Assembly: GCA_965221775.1 (NCBI GenBank)
Contig: CBDCSU010000005.1
Coordinates: 320,001-384,000 of the forward strand
DNA length: 64,000 bases
Source: Candidatus Latescibacterota bacterium
GTDB lineage: Bacteria; Latescibacterota; UBA2968; UBA8231
Reading direction: 5' to 3'
Shown: piece by piece, positions 9,218-18,772 of the stretch
How the letters are laid out: every line of letters begins with the position of its first letter
Numbering within the stretch: the first letter of the stretch is position 1
Position numbers and translations under genes: made by a program
Notes under the pieces: model-generated
Seen by the model: only the letters and a program-made list of their open reading frames with translations
Told to the model about the DNA's origin: nothing
Database searches by the model: none

Positions 9218-10321
9218 GTGAGCCAAGACAGACCCGTACGCGTGGCCGTCGTGGGCGGCGCCGGCACCTGGGGCCGCTTCTACCTGCGCGCCTACGCCGC
9301 CCATCCCGGCTGCGAGGTGATCGCCCTCGTCGACCGGGCGAAGGACCGCCGCCAGGCCTTCGCCGACCGCTACGGCGTGCCGGCCACCTTCGACGATCTG
9401 GAGGAGCTGCTGCGCCGCGAGGTGCCGGAGGTGGTCTCCGCCATCCTGCCCGTGGCCCGGTCCCACCCCGCGGTGCTGGCCTGCGCCGAGGCCGGCGTGC
9501 GCGTGGTGTCGATCGAGAAGCCGATCGCGGCGCAGCTCTCCAAGGCGGACGAGATGATCCGCGTCTGCCGGGAGCGCGGCACGGCCCTGGGCTGCGGCAC
9601 CAGCCACTGGCAGCTGCCGTACCAGGCCGAGGTGGCCGACTGGGTGCGCCAGGGCCACATCGGCGCCCTCACGGGCGCCGCGATCCCGGGCGGCCTGCCC
9701 ACGGAGGTCTCCGGCGGCGGCTGCGCCAGCCTGATCGTCCTGGGGCACCTGACGGGGATGGAGGTGGAGTGGGCCGAGGGCTGGACCCTGCCGCCGGTGG
9801 GCTCCTACGCCTCCCCCGAGGCGGAGGCCCCCCACGAGGTCGACTGCCCGGCCTACGGGAGACTGGGGCTGTCGGGGGGCATCGTCTGCGAGATCGCCGA
9901 GCCCGAGCCGGACCGGCCGGTGCCCTGCACGGTCTCCGTCACCGGAGAGCGGGGCCGCGCCTTCCTCGCCTCGCCGCGGCCGGTGCTGCTCCAGGGCGCC
10001 GGCGCCAGGCAGTCCCCGGTCTTCCCGGAGTTCCTCGACGGCGGTCCCCGGAAAGACGCCTTCACCCTCGTCATCGAGCGCCTGCTGAAGGCCGCCAGGG
10101 AGGGCGGCGAGGTCGCCTGCAGCGGCCAGGACTATCTCCACGTGCTGGAGGTCGCCCTGGCCATGACCCTGTCGGCGGCGCGGGACCACGAGCGCGTCCA
10201 CCTGCCCCTGGAGGACCGCTCCCTGCGCCTCTTCCCCCACCCCTACCGCATGTACGGCGGCGACGTGGCCGGCTGGAGGAGCATCGGCTACCAGGGGCCG
10301 CCCGGTCTGCCGGAAGCCTAG
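9218..10321 (+). CDS. Gfo/Idh/MocA family oxidoreductase
   Basis: VAVVGGAGTWG Rossmann motif; IEKP. Confidence 0.85.
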   Translation: MSQDRPVRVAVVGGAGTWGRFYLRAYAAHPGCEVIALVDRAKDRRQAFADRYGVPATFDDLEELLRREVPEVVSAILPVARSHPAVLACAEAGVRVVSIEKPIAAQLSKADEMIRVCRERGTALGCGTSHWQLPYQAEVADWVRQGHIGALTGAAIPGGLPTEVSGGGCASLIVLGHLTGMEVEWAEGWTLPPVGSYASPEAEAPHEVDCPAYGRLGLSGGIVCEIAEPEPDRPVPCTVSVTGERGRAFLASPRPVLLQGAGARQSPVFPEFLDGGPRKDAFTLVIERLLKAAREGGEVACSGQDYLHVLEVALAMTLSAARDHERVHLPLEDRSLRLFPHPYRMYGGDVAGWRSIGYQGPPGLPEA

Positions 10322-10333
10322 GGCGAGCCCCCG

Positions 10334-11140
10334 ATGGGCGAGCTGACCTCCCTGCTCCAGGATTCCGCCGGACACCTGGCCCGGATCGGCCCCCGCCTGG
10401 CGGGGGCCCTGGCCCTGGCGGTCCTCGGCCTGCTGCTGGCCTTCCTGGTACGCCTCCTGGCCCGCCGCCTGGTCGCCGGGCTCGACCGCCTCGCCCCCTC
10501 CCTGGGGACGCGACTCGGAGGCGGGGCCGACTACCGGGAGCGCGCCGGCCTGGCCGCCGGCCGGATCCTGTTCTGGACGGTCCTGCTCCTCTTCCTCACC
10601 GCCGCCACCGAGACCCTGGGGCTGCCCGTGCTCTCGGTCTGGCTCGGCGGCCTGGTCACGTACCTGCCGCGGTTCCTCGCCGCCGTGCTCATCCTCTTCG
10701 CCGGTCTGCTGGGGGGCCACTTCCTGCGGGACCTCGTCCTCTCGGGGACCGCCTCCGCGGGGATCGCCTACGGGCAGGCCCTGGCCCGCCTCGGCCAGAT
10801 GTCGGTGCTCGTCGTGAGCGTCCTCGTCGCCGTCGACCAGGCGGGACTGAACGTCTCCTTCCTCACCAGCATCCTGCTCCTGGTGCTCGGCAGCGGCCTC
10901 CTGGGCGCGGTCCTGACCTTCGCCCTCGGCGCCCGCACGGCGGTGGCCAACATCCTCGCCTGCCACTACCTGCAGAAGACCTACGAGGTGGGCCACCGCG
11001 TGCGCGTCGCCGGGTTCGAGGGCGAGATCGTCGAGGTCACGGCCACTTCGGTGGTGCTGGAGGCGGAGGAGGGCAGGGTGTCGGTGCCGGCTTCGGTCTT
11101 TGCCGAGGAGGCCTCGGTCCGGCTCGTCGAGAGGGACTGA
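10334..11140 (+). CDS. MscS-like / conserved TM-helix repeat membrane protein
   Basis: YLPRFLAAVLIL TM-helix motif; FALGARTAVANILA; YEVGHRVRVAGFEGEIVEV beta domain. Confidence 0.75.
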   Translation: MGELTSLLQDSAGHLARIGPRLAGALALAVLGLLLAFLVRLLARRLVAGLDRLAPSLGTRLGGGADYRERAGLAAGRILFWTVLLLFLTAATETLGLPVLSVWLGGLVTYLPRFLAAVLILFAGLLGGHFLRDLVLSGTASAGIAYGQALARLGQMSVLVVSVLVAVDQAGLNVSFLTSILLLVLGSGLLGAVLTFALGARTAVANILACHYLQKTYEVGHRVRVAGFEGEIVEVTATSVVLEAEEGRVSVPASVFAEEASVRLVERD

Positions 11141-11143
11141 ACG

Positions 11144-12001
11144 GTGGAGCAAGCCCCGGCCCTGATCGACCGCTTCATCCGCGGCCACCCCCCCGAGGCC
11201 GCCCGCGTCCTGGAGAACCTCACCCTCGACGAAGTGGTCTCCTTCTGCGGCCGCATCCCCCCCGACCTGGCGGCGGTCCTCTTCGACACCATGGAGGCCG
11301 GCGCCGCCGCCGGCTGTCTGGAGCGCATGCAGGCGGGCCGGGCCGCCGAGGCCCTGTCGCAAGTCCCCCTGGAACGCGCCGCCGCGCTCCTGCGGCGGCT
11401 TCGCCGGCAGGGGCGCGAGGCCGTGCTGGCGCTGCTGCCCCCCGATCCCGGCCGGCACCTCGCCCTGCTGCTGAGCTGCCGCCAGGACTCGGCCGGGGCC
11501 CTGATGGACCCGCGGGTGCTCACCCTGCCGCCGGAAGTGACCGCCGCCGAGGCCCGCGGCCGCATGGACGCCCGGCCGGAGCAGGCCACGGACTGCTACT
11601 ACGTGGTGGAGCGCGATCAGACCCTGGCCGGCGTCCTCGGCCTGAGGGAACTGCTCTCGGCGCCGCCCGAGACCCCCGTCTCCGCCCTCATGCGGCGGCA
11701 GGTGGACGGCCTGCGGATCGACGACTCCCTGGCCTCGGTGCGAGTCCATCCCGGCTGGCTGGAACTCCACGTCCTGCCGGTCCTCGACGGCCGCGGACGG
11801 TTCGCCGGCGCCCTGCGTCACAGGACCCTGCGGCGGCTCGGGGAGGCGCACCGGCCGCCCCGGCCCGACCCGGTGGGCGCCGCCCTGGGGGAGCTCTACC
11901 GCATCGGTCTGTCGGCCCTGGTGAAGGGCGCCCTCGGGGAGCAGCGCCCCGGTCCGCCCTCCGGCGACCGGATCGAGGACAGCAGGCAGGTCCCCCCTTG
12001 A
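11144..12001 (+). CDS. Soluble MgtE N-domain plus CBS-pair protein
   Basis: DSAGALMDP, YYVVERDQTLAGVLGLRELL, LPVLDGRGRFAG; no TM domain. Confidence 0.75.
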   Translation: MEQAPALIDRFIRGHPPEAARVLENLTLDEVVSFCGRIPPDLAAVLFDTMEAGAAAGCLERMQAGRAAEALSQVPLERAAALLRRLRRQGREAVLALLPPDPGRHLALLLSCRQDSAGALMDPRVLTLPPEVTAAEARGRMDARPEQATDCYYVVERDQTLAGVLGLRELLSAPPETPVSALMRRQVDGLRIDDSLASVRVHPGWLELHVLPVLDGRGRFAGALRHRTLRRLGEAHRPPRPDPVGAALGELYRIGLSALVKGALGEQRPGPPSGDRIEDSRQVPP

Positions 12002-14418
12002 GCGGCGGACGTCCCTTTCCCACGGTCTGGCTCCTGGCCTGCCTGGGGGCCCTGTCCTTCTCCATCCAGTACTCGACGATGGAGAAGTTCGCCGTCTTCG
12101 CGCCGGGCTCCAGCCACATCCGGCTGACCACCTTTCTGCAGGCCGTCGAGCAGCAGGTCGCCTTCTCCCTCCTCGACGGTGTGCTCGCCGCGCTCTTTCT
12201 GCTGTTGACCGCCGCACTCCTGTACGGGGAGGTCCGCCACGGGGCCCTCAGCGGCTTCCTGCAGGACTGCCTGGCCAGTCCGCGCGCGACCTTGTGGCTG
12301 CTCCTGGCCTCCCTGGTGGTCTGCGGCCGCTTCTACCTCGCCCGCGGCGAGTTGAGCTGGGCCGGCGACGCCTCCCACCACCTCGCCCACTCCTGGCTCG
12401 CCGCCCGGGCCATCGCCGACGGCCAGCTGCCGGTCTGGACGTTCTTCATCGGCACCGGCTCCCCCGTCTTCCAGACCTACGGCTTCGCCTTCTTCTACCT
12501 CGCGGGGCTCGTGGACCGGATCCTCGGGGATCTCTCCCTGACCCTGAAGCTGGTCATGTTCGCCGCCCACCTTGCTTCCGGCCTGGGCATGTACCACCTG
12601 GCCGCCAGCCTCTGCCGCTCCCGCGCCGCCGGGTTCATCGCCGGCCTGGGGTACGCCCTCTGCTTCTGGCACACCCAGCACGTGCTGCTCATGGGCCGCC
12701 TGCCCCTGTCCCTGTTCTACGCGGTCCTGCCCTGGGCCTTCTACTGGATCGAGGAGGTCGTCGATTCCCCGCGCAGGATGCGGGCGGCCCTGCTCGGCGG
12801 GGCGAGCCTGGCCCTGCTCGCCTTCACCCACCCCGGGTACGGCGCCTTCGCCTTGACCCTGGCCGGCGGCTACGCCCTGGTGCGCCTGTGGTCCTGCCGC
12901 GGCCGTTCCGACGGCGGCGCGATCCTTGGCGCCGGCCTCCTGCTCTTCGGCCTCGGCATCGCCTTCGGGTCCTACATGAACGTGGGCCTCTACTTCGAGC
13001 GCGCCTACACGGGGATGCACGACTTCGCCATGGACCTGTCGAGCGTCTCCGACCCCACCTGGCAGCACCTGCTGGGCTGGTCGAACATGCGCTTCTGGCT
13101 GATCCCCCCCCAGCCGTATCACTGGTACGGCGGCTACCTGGGGATCTCCCTGTGCGCCCTGGCCGGGGCCGGGGGGGTGCTCCTGCTGCGCCGGCGGGAC
13201 GGCCGTTTCGCCGCCTGCTGGGTCTGCCTGATCCTCAGCCTGCTGGTGGTCGCCGCCTACCGCCTGCCGCCGATCAGCTCGCTGCCCCTGGTCCACTCCT
13301 TCAACGCATCGCGCTACCTGCTCTTCCTCTCCTTCTTCCTGGCCCTGGCGGCGGGCCTCGGCGCCCACCTGCTCCTGGAGCGGGTTCCCGCGGCCTCCCG
13401 GCGCAGCCGATGGTGCACGGTCCTGCTCCTGGCGATCGGCGTCGATCTCTTCCCCACCACCTTCCAGCAGCCCTACCTCGGCAGCGGCTACCTGCCCTCC
13501 GGATGGCGAGACGACACCTTCGCCGAGGCGGCCGAGGCCGCCCGGCCCTTCGAGGAGCGGGGCGAGCTGCCCGCCTACCGGGCCCACTGGATCGCGGCGG
13601 GCGTCTACCCCTACAAGCGGCGGGCGAGCATGCTCCGCGAAGGGGCGACGCCGATTGCGGAGTCCTTCCATCCCGGGGAGCTGCGCACCCTCGGCACCTT
13701 CACCGCCCCCTTCACCGACTGGGCCATACAGGTCCTGCCGGAGATGGACTCCCTCCAGCCGCTGGCGGACCACCCGGGCGGCGAGGCCCTGATGGACGGC
13801 CTCCGCCTTCTGGACACGCGCTTCGTCGTGACCACCTCCAACGAGCGCGCCACCGGCTTCGCCTTCTTCATGGAACACACTCCCCTGGTCGTCTCCGGGC
13901 GCCTGCAGGGCTACGACGAGGGAGCCGTGGACCGCGCCGGCCTGTCCGCGCGCTTCGGCGAGGACCTGGACGAGCGGGAGGCGCGGATGCTGTGGATCAT
14001 CCTGGGGACGGGGCTCCACCCGGGCAGCGGCCTCTCCTGCGAGCGCATCCTCGTCCGCGGCCTGGAGGGCCAACGCGATCTGGGGACGGCGCCCACGGCG
14101 CGGGTCCTCGGCCACCGGGTCGACCACCAGGAGGTGGAGATGAGGGTGGCGGTCTCGGCCAGGTGCTTCGCGCGCCTGGCCTACGGGTACTGGCCCTATC
14201 TCGAGGTCTCCGTCGACGGAGCGCCGGTGCGGCCCATGGAGACGGCCGGCCGCTTCCTGGCCGTCCCGCTGGAGGCCGGCGAGCATGTGATCGCCATCCG
14301 GGCGCGCCTGTCCCCCCTGAGGAAGGGGTTGCTGCTGCTGGCGGGGGTCTGCCTCGCGGGAGCCCTGGCCCTGGTCATCCGTGAACGCCGAAGCGACACA
14401 GAAGAGGTGAACCCATGA
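11998..14418 (+). CDS. YfhO / PTPS-related polytopic membrane protein (GT-C-like glycosyltransferase)
   Basis: TTG at 11998 overlaps the previous stop; GDASHH, GQLPVW...GTGSPVFQTY, many TM helices; C-terminal YWPYLEVSVDG...LEAGEHVI. The upstream part of ORF 9769 is off-frame. Confidence 0.7.
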   Translation: MSGGRPFPTVWLLACLGALSFSIQYSTMEKFAVFAPGSSHIRLTTFLQAVEQQVAFSLLDGVLAALFLLLTAALLYGEVRHGALSGFLQDCLASPRATLWLLLASLVVCGRFYLARGELSWAGDASHHLAHSWLAARAIADGQLPVWTFFIGTGSPVFQTYGFAFFYLAGLVDRILGDLSLTLKLVMFAAHLASGLGMYHLAASLCRSRAAGFIAGLGYALCFWHTQHVLLMGRLPLSLFYAVLPWAFYWIEEVVDSPRRMRAALLGGASLALLAFTHPGYGAFALTLAGGYALVRLWSCRGRSDGGAILGAGLLLFGLGIAFGSYMNVGLYFERAYTGMHDFAMDLSSVSDPTWQHLLGWSNMRFWLIPPQPYHWYGGYLGISLCALAGAGGVLLLRRRDGRFAACWVCLILSLLVVAAYRLPPISSLPLVHSFNASRYLLFLSFFLALAAGLGAHLLLERVPAASRRSRWCTVLLLAIGVDLFPTTFQQPYLGSGYLPSGWRDDTFAEAAEAARPFEERGELPAYRAHWIAAGVYPYKRRASMLREGATPIAESFHPGELRTLGTFTAPFTDWAIQVLPEMDSLQPLADHPGGEALMDGLRLLDTRFVVTTSNERATGFAFFMEHTPLVVSGRLQGYDEGAVDRAGLSARFGEDLDEREARMLWIILGTGLHPGSGLSCERILVRGLEGQRDLGTAPTARVLGHRVDHQEVEMRVAVSARCFARLAYGYWPYLEVSVDGAPVRPMETAGRFLAVPLEAGEHVIAIRARLSPLRKGLLLLAGVCLAGALALVIRERRSDTEEVNP

Positions 14419-15731
14419 ACGACGGCTCCGAGGCCTCCCGGGCCCTGATCCAGGCCTTCTTCCACCTCCATCCCGCCGAGGCCGCCCGGGCCCTCGGGAC
14501 CGCGCCCGTGCCCGAGGCCCTGGGCCAGCTCGACGCCGGCGGCGGCCCCGAGTCGGCCCGGGTCTTCGAGCGCCTCGACCCGGACCGGGCCGTCCAGCTT
14601 CTCGAGGAAATGGACGAGGCCCTGTTCCGGCGGCTCTGGACCTCCATGGACCCCGGCGTCGGCGCCGCGCTGCTGGCCCGGCTCGCCCCCGGGGCCCGGC
14701 CCCCGCGCCTGGCCGCCCTGCCCCGCGAGCTGGCCGCCGAGATGGAGGAGCTCATGCGCTATCCGGCGGGATCGGCGGGCAGGCTCATGGATACGGCGGT
14801 GACCGTGTTCCGCGCCGACGAGACCGCCGGTGAGGCTCTCGACCGGATCCGCTCCTTCCCCGAGCGGCGCGTCCACGACCTGTGCGTGATCGACGGCGCC
14901 GGGCGGCTCACCGCCGTGCTGCCCCTGCAGCAGGTCGCCGTGGCCCAGCCCGCGGAGAGCCTCGGCGGACTCGCCCGCAGACCGCCGGTCAGCGTGCAGG
15001 CCATGGCCTCCCGCGAGGAGGTGGTGGAGCTGCTCGAGGCCCACAAGCTCTCCTCCCTGCCGGTGGTCAGCTTCGAAGGCCGGGTGCGGGGGATCCTTCG
15101 CCACGACGCCCTGGTGGAGGCGGCCCAGCAGGAGGCGACGGGGGACCTGCAGACCATGGTCGGGGCCGGCCGCGAGGAGCGCGCCCTGTCGCCGCCGGCG
15201 CTGGCCGTCCGCCAGCGCCTGCCCTGGCTGCAGGTCAACCTGGCCACGGCCTTTCTGGCCGCGGCGGTGGTGGCCCTCTTCGAGGACACCATCGCCCGGT
15301 TCACGGCCCTGGCCGTCTTTCTGCCGGTGGTGGCCGGCCAGTCGGGCAATACCGGCGCCCAGGCCCTGGCCGTGGCCATGAGGGGGCTGGCGCTGCGCGA
15401 GTTCCGGCCGCGCAACTGGTTCCCCGTGGCCCGCAAGGAACTGCTGGCGGGGCTGACCAACGGACTGGCCGTGGCCCTGGTCACCGCCCTGGCCGCCTAC
15501 CTGTGGTCGGGCGGGATCGGGCTTCCCCTGGTGATCGCCACGGCCATGGTCTTCTCCATGGCCATGGCCGGCCTGACGGGGGCCCTCATCCCCGTGGTCC
15601 TCACCGTCCTCGGCAAGGACCCCGCCCAGTCGGCGTCCATCGTCCTGACCACGGTGACCGACGTCCTCGGCTTCCTCAGCTTCCTGGGGCTGGCGGCCCT
15701 GGCGGCCTCGACTCTCGGCCTGGCTCTGTAG
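14415..15731 (+). CDS. mgtE: Magnesium transporter MgtE
   Basis: YPAGSAGRLM, CBS pair, RLPWLQVNL, GNTGAQ, DPAQSAS, TTVTDVLG. Confidence 0.9.
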   Translation: MNDGSEASRALIQAFFHLHPAEAARALGTAPVPEALGQLDAGGGPESARVFERLDPDRAVQLLEEMDEALFRRLWTSMDPGVGAALLARLAPGARPPRLAALPRELAAEMEELMRYPAGSAGRLMDTAVTVFRADETAGEALDRIRSFPERRVHDLCVIDGAGRLTAVLPLQQVAVAQPAESLGGLARRPPVSVQAMASREEVVELLEAHKLSSLPVVSFEGRVRGILRHDALVEAAQQEATGDLQTMVGAGREERALSPPALAVRQRLPWLQVNLATAFLAAAVVALFEDTIARFTALAVFLPVVAGQSGNTGAQALAVAMRGLALREFRPRNWFPVARKELLAGLTNGLAVALVTALAAYLWSGGIGLPLVIATAMVFSMAMAGLTGALIPVVLTVLGKDPAQSASIVLTTVTDVLGFLSFLGLAALAASTLGLAL

Positions 15732-16698
15732 GGGGGCTCCCGCGCGCCGGCGCAGTCCTCTCGTGGCACAGCTGCGCGATCTCCGCCCCCACGATGAAGA
15801 GCATCGCCGCCAAGTAGAGCCAGAGGGCCAGGGCCACGGAGAGGACATAGGCTCCGTAGAGATACCAGATCGAAGCGAAATGGCCCAGGTAGTAGCCGAA
15901 GAGCCACTCCGCCAGCTTCCACAGCAGGGCGGCCCAGAAGGCGCCGGTGGCCAGCGCCTTCATGCGGGGCCTTCGGGAGGGAACGAGCCAGTAGAGACCG
16001 AGGAAGACGGCGAGGATCAGGGCCGTGGAAGCCAGGTCGTAGAGGTGGGTCAGGTGCGAGTGCAGGGGTGACAGGGCGATCTCCAGGACCGCCACGAGGA
16101 TGGGCAGGGACAGGACCAGGAGCAGGAAGGCGCACAGCACCACCAGCACCAGGGCCAGATCCTTCAGCTTGCCCAGCGCCCCGGGCAGGGCCGCCCGAAG
16201 GAAGCTCATCTGCTTCTGCGAGGTGCTCAGCTCCCTGAGCCGGTCCACCGCGGAAGGCCACTGCCGGAGAATCCTGGCCATCGCCCTCGGCTCGCCGCCG
16301 GAGGCCTGGAATACCGTATCGAGAATCGTCCTCATGCTGGTGAAGAGGCCGCTGACGCTCAGCATCAGGATCGACAGGCCGGAGATCCGGTAGGTCTTCT
16401 TGAACTCGACCACGTCGGGGATGCGCGAGGAGAGGGCGTCCTTCAGGAAGGAGGCCTCCTCCCCGTAGGGGATGAAGACCTCGACGGTCCGGTTCACCAG
16501 CCAGGCCAGGGACGCCGCGTCGAGCACCGCGCCGAGGACGAAGAAGACGAGAAAGACCAGGGGGACGAGGCTCAGGAGGGTGGCGAAGGCGAGGCCGCCG
16601 GCGAAGAGGAAGAGGTGGTTCTCGCTCATGCGGCTGGCGAGGCCGCCCAGGTACCAGGCCAGGAAGCCCTGCCCGGGTCTCTGTCCCTGGTCGCTCAT
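15676..16698 (-). CDS. YihY/BrkB family membrane protein
   Basis: AGGLAFATLLSLVP, LYWLVP, LYGA...LWLYLAAMLFIVGAEI. Confidence 0.85.
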   Translation of the reverse strand: MSDQGQRPGQGFLAWYLGGLASRMSENHLFLFAGGLAFATLLSLVPLVFLVFFVLGAVLDAASLAWLVNRTVEVFIPYGEEASFLKDALSSRIPDVVEFKKTYRISGLSILMLSVSGLFTSMRTILDTVFQASGGEPRAMARILRQWPSAVDRLRELSTSQKQMSFLRAALPGALGKLKDLALVLVVLCAFLLLVLSLPILVAVLEIALSPLHSHLTHLYDLASTALILAVFLGLYWLVPSRRPRMKALATGAFWAALLWKLAEWLFGYYLGHFASIWYLYGAYVLSVALALWLYLAAMLFIVGAEIAQLCHERTAPARGSPPTEPGRESRPPGPPAPGS

Positions 16699-18771
16699 CT
16701 AGAAGGCCTGTCCCACCGAGAGGTACACCGACGGGCTGGAGAGCCGCTCCCTCCAGCCCACGTCCAGGCGTACGGGGAGGCCCGGGTCCCACCGCAGGCC
16801 GCCCCCGTAGCCGTCGACCATACCCCCCCACCCGGCCTCCCGGGGCCCGCGCCAGACGCCGGCGCGGTCCCAGAACGCGACGAGCCCCACCTGGCCCCGG
16901 TGCAGGCGCAACTCGTTGCGCAGGTTGATTCCCGCCCGGCCGCCGCCGAGGGCCCCGATGGTGTCCCGGTTCACCCCCCGCACCGAGCCCTCCCCTCCGA
17001 AGGTGATCCAGTAGGCCTGCGGCAGGTAGCGGTCGCGGCGCAGGGAACCGGTCACCACCCCGCGCACGGCATGGGCCCACAGCAGCCAGGGGCGGATGCG
17101 CAGGTAGTTGCGGGCCTCGGCCTCGCCTCTCAGGACCCGGCTCCGGTCGCCGCTGAACTCCCAGGCGAAGAGCCCCGCCAGGCGCACGAAGTCGCCCCGC
17201 GCCGGCGCGATCTGGCTGTCGCGGGTGTCGCGCAGCAGATCGACCCCGAAGTTCAGGGTGTTGGCGCGGTCCGCCAGCAGCCGCTGCCAGGTGGCGTCGA
17301 TGGGGATCCAGCCGTCGTCGTAGGGGAAGGCGCTGCCGCCCTGGGCGGGGCGCCCGGAGGCGTCGCCGAAGGGATCGTCGCCGCCGAATAGACCGTCGTC
17401 GCCGAAGCCGTCGCCATCGAAGCCGTCCTCCACCTCGCGGACCTCGAGGTCGATCCGCCGCCCGGCGAGGGGTTGAACCCGGAACCGCGTCCAGTCCGCG
17501 GTCAACGACGCCTGGTAGACCCTCACCCCCTCGGCCTGCCGGCGCCGCGCCAGGCTTCCCTTCACCTGCCACAGCCGCTTCACCGACGGGTAGCGGTACT
17601 CCAGACGCGAGACGAAGGCCGCCGCCTCCAGGGGCCCGGAGAACCGATCCAGCTCGTCGACGACGGAGTGGTTGGCCGCCAGCCGCGCGAACTGCACCGA
17701 GTCCGCGGGATCGGCGCTCACCCGGGTCCGGCTCCAGTCGTCGGTCATCCCCGCCGTCAAGGTCAGATCGAGGTTGGACCCGAGGAGGCCGTTCTCGGTC
17801 AGGAACAGGGTCAGCCCCTGCCGGGGGCGGCCCAGGTTGGCCTCGGTGCCGATGCTGTTGCCGCGGCCGAGGAAGTTCTCGTGGCGCAGCTGCGCCGACA
17901 GGCCGGGCTCGTTGTTGTTGACGAAGGCCCGGGCCCCCAGGTGGCGGGAGGGGCGCTCCTGCAGGCGCAGGACCACGGGCTGCACGCTGTCGCCGGCGGC
18001 CTGCTCCGGCGTCTCCAGGGTCACCGAACGGAACAGACCGGTGCGGGCCAGGTTGTTCCGCGAGGCGCGCACCGCCTCCGGGTCGTAGAGGGCCCCCTCG
18101 CGGAAGGTGATCATCCGCCGGATCAGGGACTCCCGGGTCCGCAGATCCTCGTCCGCCAGGCGCACGCGGCCGAAGTACATCTTCGGCCCCGGCCTCACCT
18201 CGAAGGTGACCGAGCCCAGCTGCTTCCCGGCGTCGTAGTCGAGCCGGTTGCGCACCTCGGCGTGGGGGAATCCCGCCTGGTTGAGCATTCCCAGCAGGGC
18301 GCGCTCGTCGCGCAGCACGTCCCCGTAGCGCAGCACGTCCCCGGCTCGCACCCCCACCCGCGACTCCAGATCGGGCAGCACCGCCTTCCCCGGGGCCGCC
18401 TCGACATCGACGGCGGCCACCCGCCACTGCCGGCCGCTGTCGATCCACAGGTGCAGGTGCAGCCGGCCCTCGCCGTCGAGGTAGTAGCGGCGCTTCACGA
18501 TGTCCACGTCCATGTAGCCGCGGCTGCGGTAGAGGTTCCTGATCTCCGACAGGTCCGACCGGTAGAACCGCGCCTGGAAGCGCTCCCCCACCCGCGTCGT
18601 CATCGCCGCCCGCAGGGCGTGGTTGGTGATCGGCTTGGCCTGCACGTGCTCGAAGTGGATGCGCTCCACCTTCGGCTCTCCGAGATCCCGGAGCTGCACC
18701 GCCCGCAGCGGTCCCTGACCGGCGGCCGGTCCCGCCAGCGCCAGGGACAGCAGCAGAAGGGCGGGCCTCAT
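16699..18771 (-). CDS. tamA: TamA/BamA (Omp85) family outer-membrane protein
   Basis: Signal peptide, three POTRA-like domains, HENFLGRG, GGEGSVRG lid motif, C-terminal VYLSVGQAF; adjacent to TamB. Confidence 0.8.
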   Translation of the reverse strand: MRPALLLLSLALAGPAAGQGPLRAVQLRDLGEPKVERIHFEHVQAKPITNHALRAAMTTRVGERFQARFYRSDLSEIRNLYRSRGYMDVDIVKRRYYLDGEGRLHLHLWIDSGRQWRVAAVDVEAAPGKAVLPDLESRVGVRAGDVLRYGDVLRDERALLGMLNQAGFPHAEVRNRLDYDAGKQLGSVTFEVRPGPKMYFGRVRLADEDLRTRESLIRRMITFREGALYDPEAVRASRNNLARTGLFRSVTLETPEQAAGDSVQPVVLRLQERPSRHLGARAFVNNNEPGLSAQLRHENFLGRGNSIGTEANLGRPRQGLTLFLTENGLLGSNLDLTLTAGMTDDWSRTRVSADPADSVQFARLAANHSVVDELDRFSGPLEAAAFVSRLEYRYPSVKRLWQVKGSLARRRQAEGVRVYQASLTADWTRFRVQPLAGRRIDLEVREVEDGFDGDGFGDDGLFGGDDPFGDASGRPAQGGSAFPYDDGWIPIDATWQRLLADRANTLNFGVDLLRDTRDSQIAPARGDFVRLAGLFAWEFSGDRSRVLRGEAEARNYLRIRPWLLWAHAVRGVVTGSLRRDRYLPQAYWITFGGEGSVRGVNRDTIGALGGGRAGINLRNELRLHRGQVGLVAFWDRAGVWRGPREAGWGGMVDGYGGGLRWDPGLPVRLDVGWRERLSSPSVYLSVGQAF

Positions 18772-18772
18772 C

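Noticed and set aside
9769-11997. N-terminal 743 aa of the 1549-aa ORF
   Set aside because: Arg/Pro/Gly-rich off-frame overlap of three real genes; the real start is near 11998.
15676-15731. 56-nt convergent overlap of mgtE and the YihY gene
   Set aside because: Short tail overlaps are common at high GC, and the overlapping tail is low-complexity.
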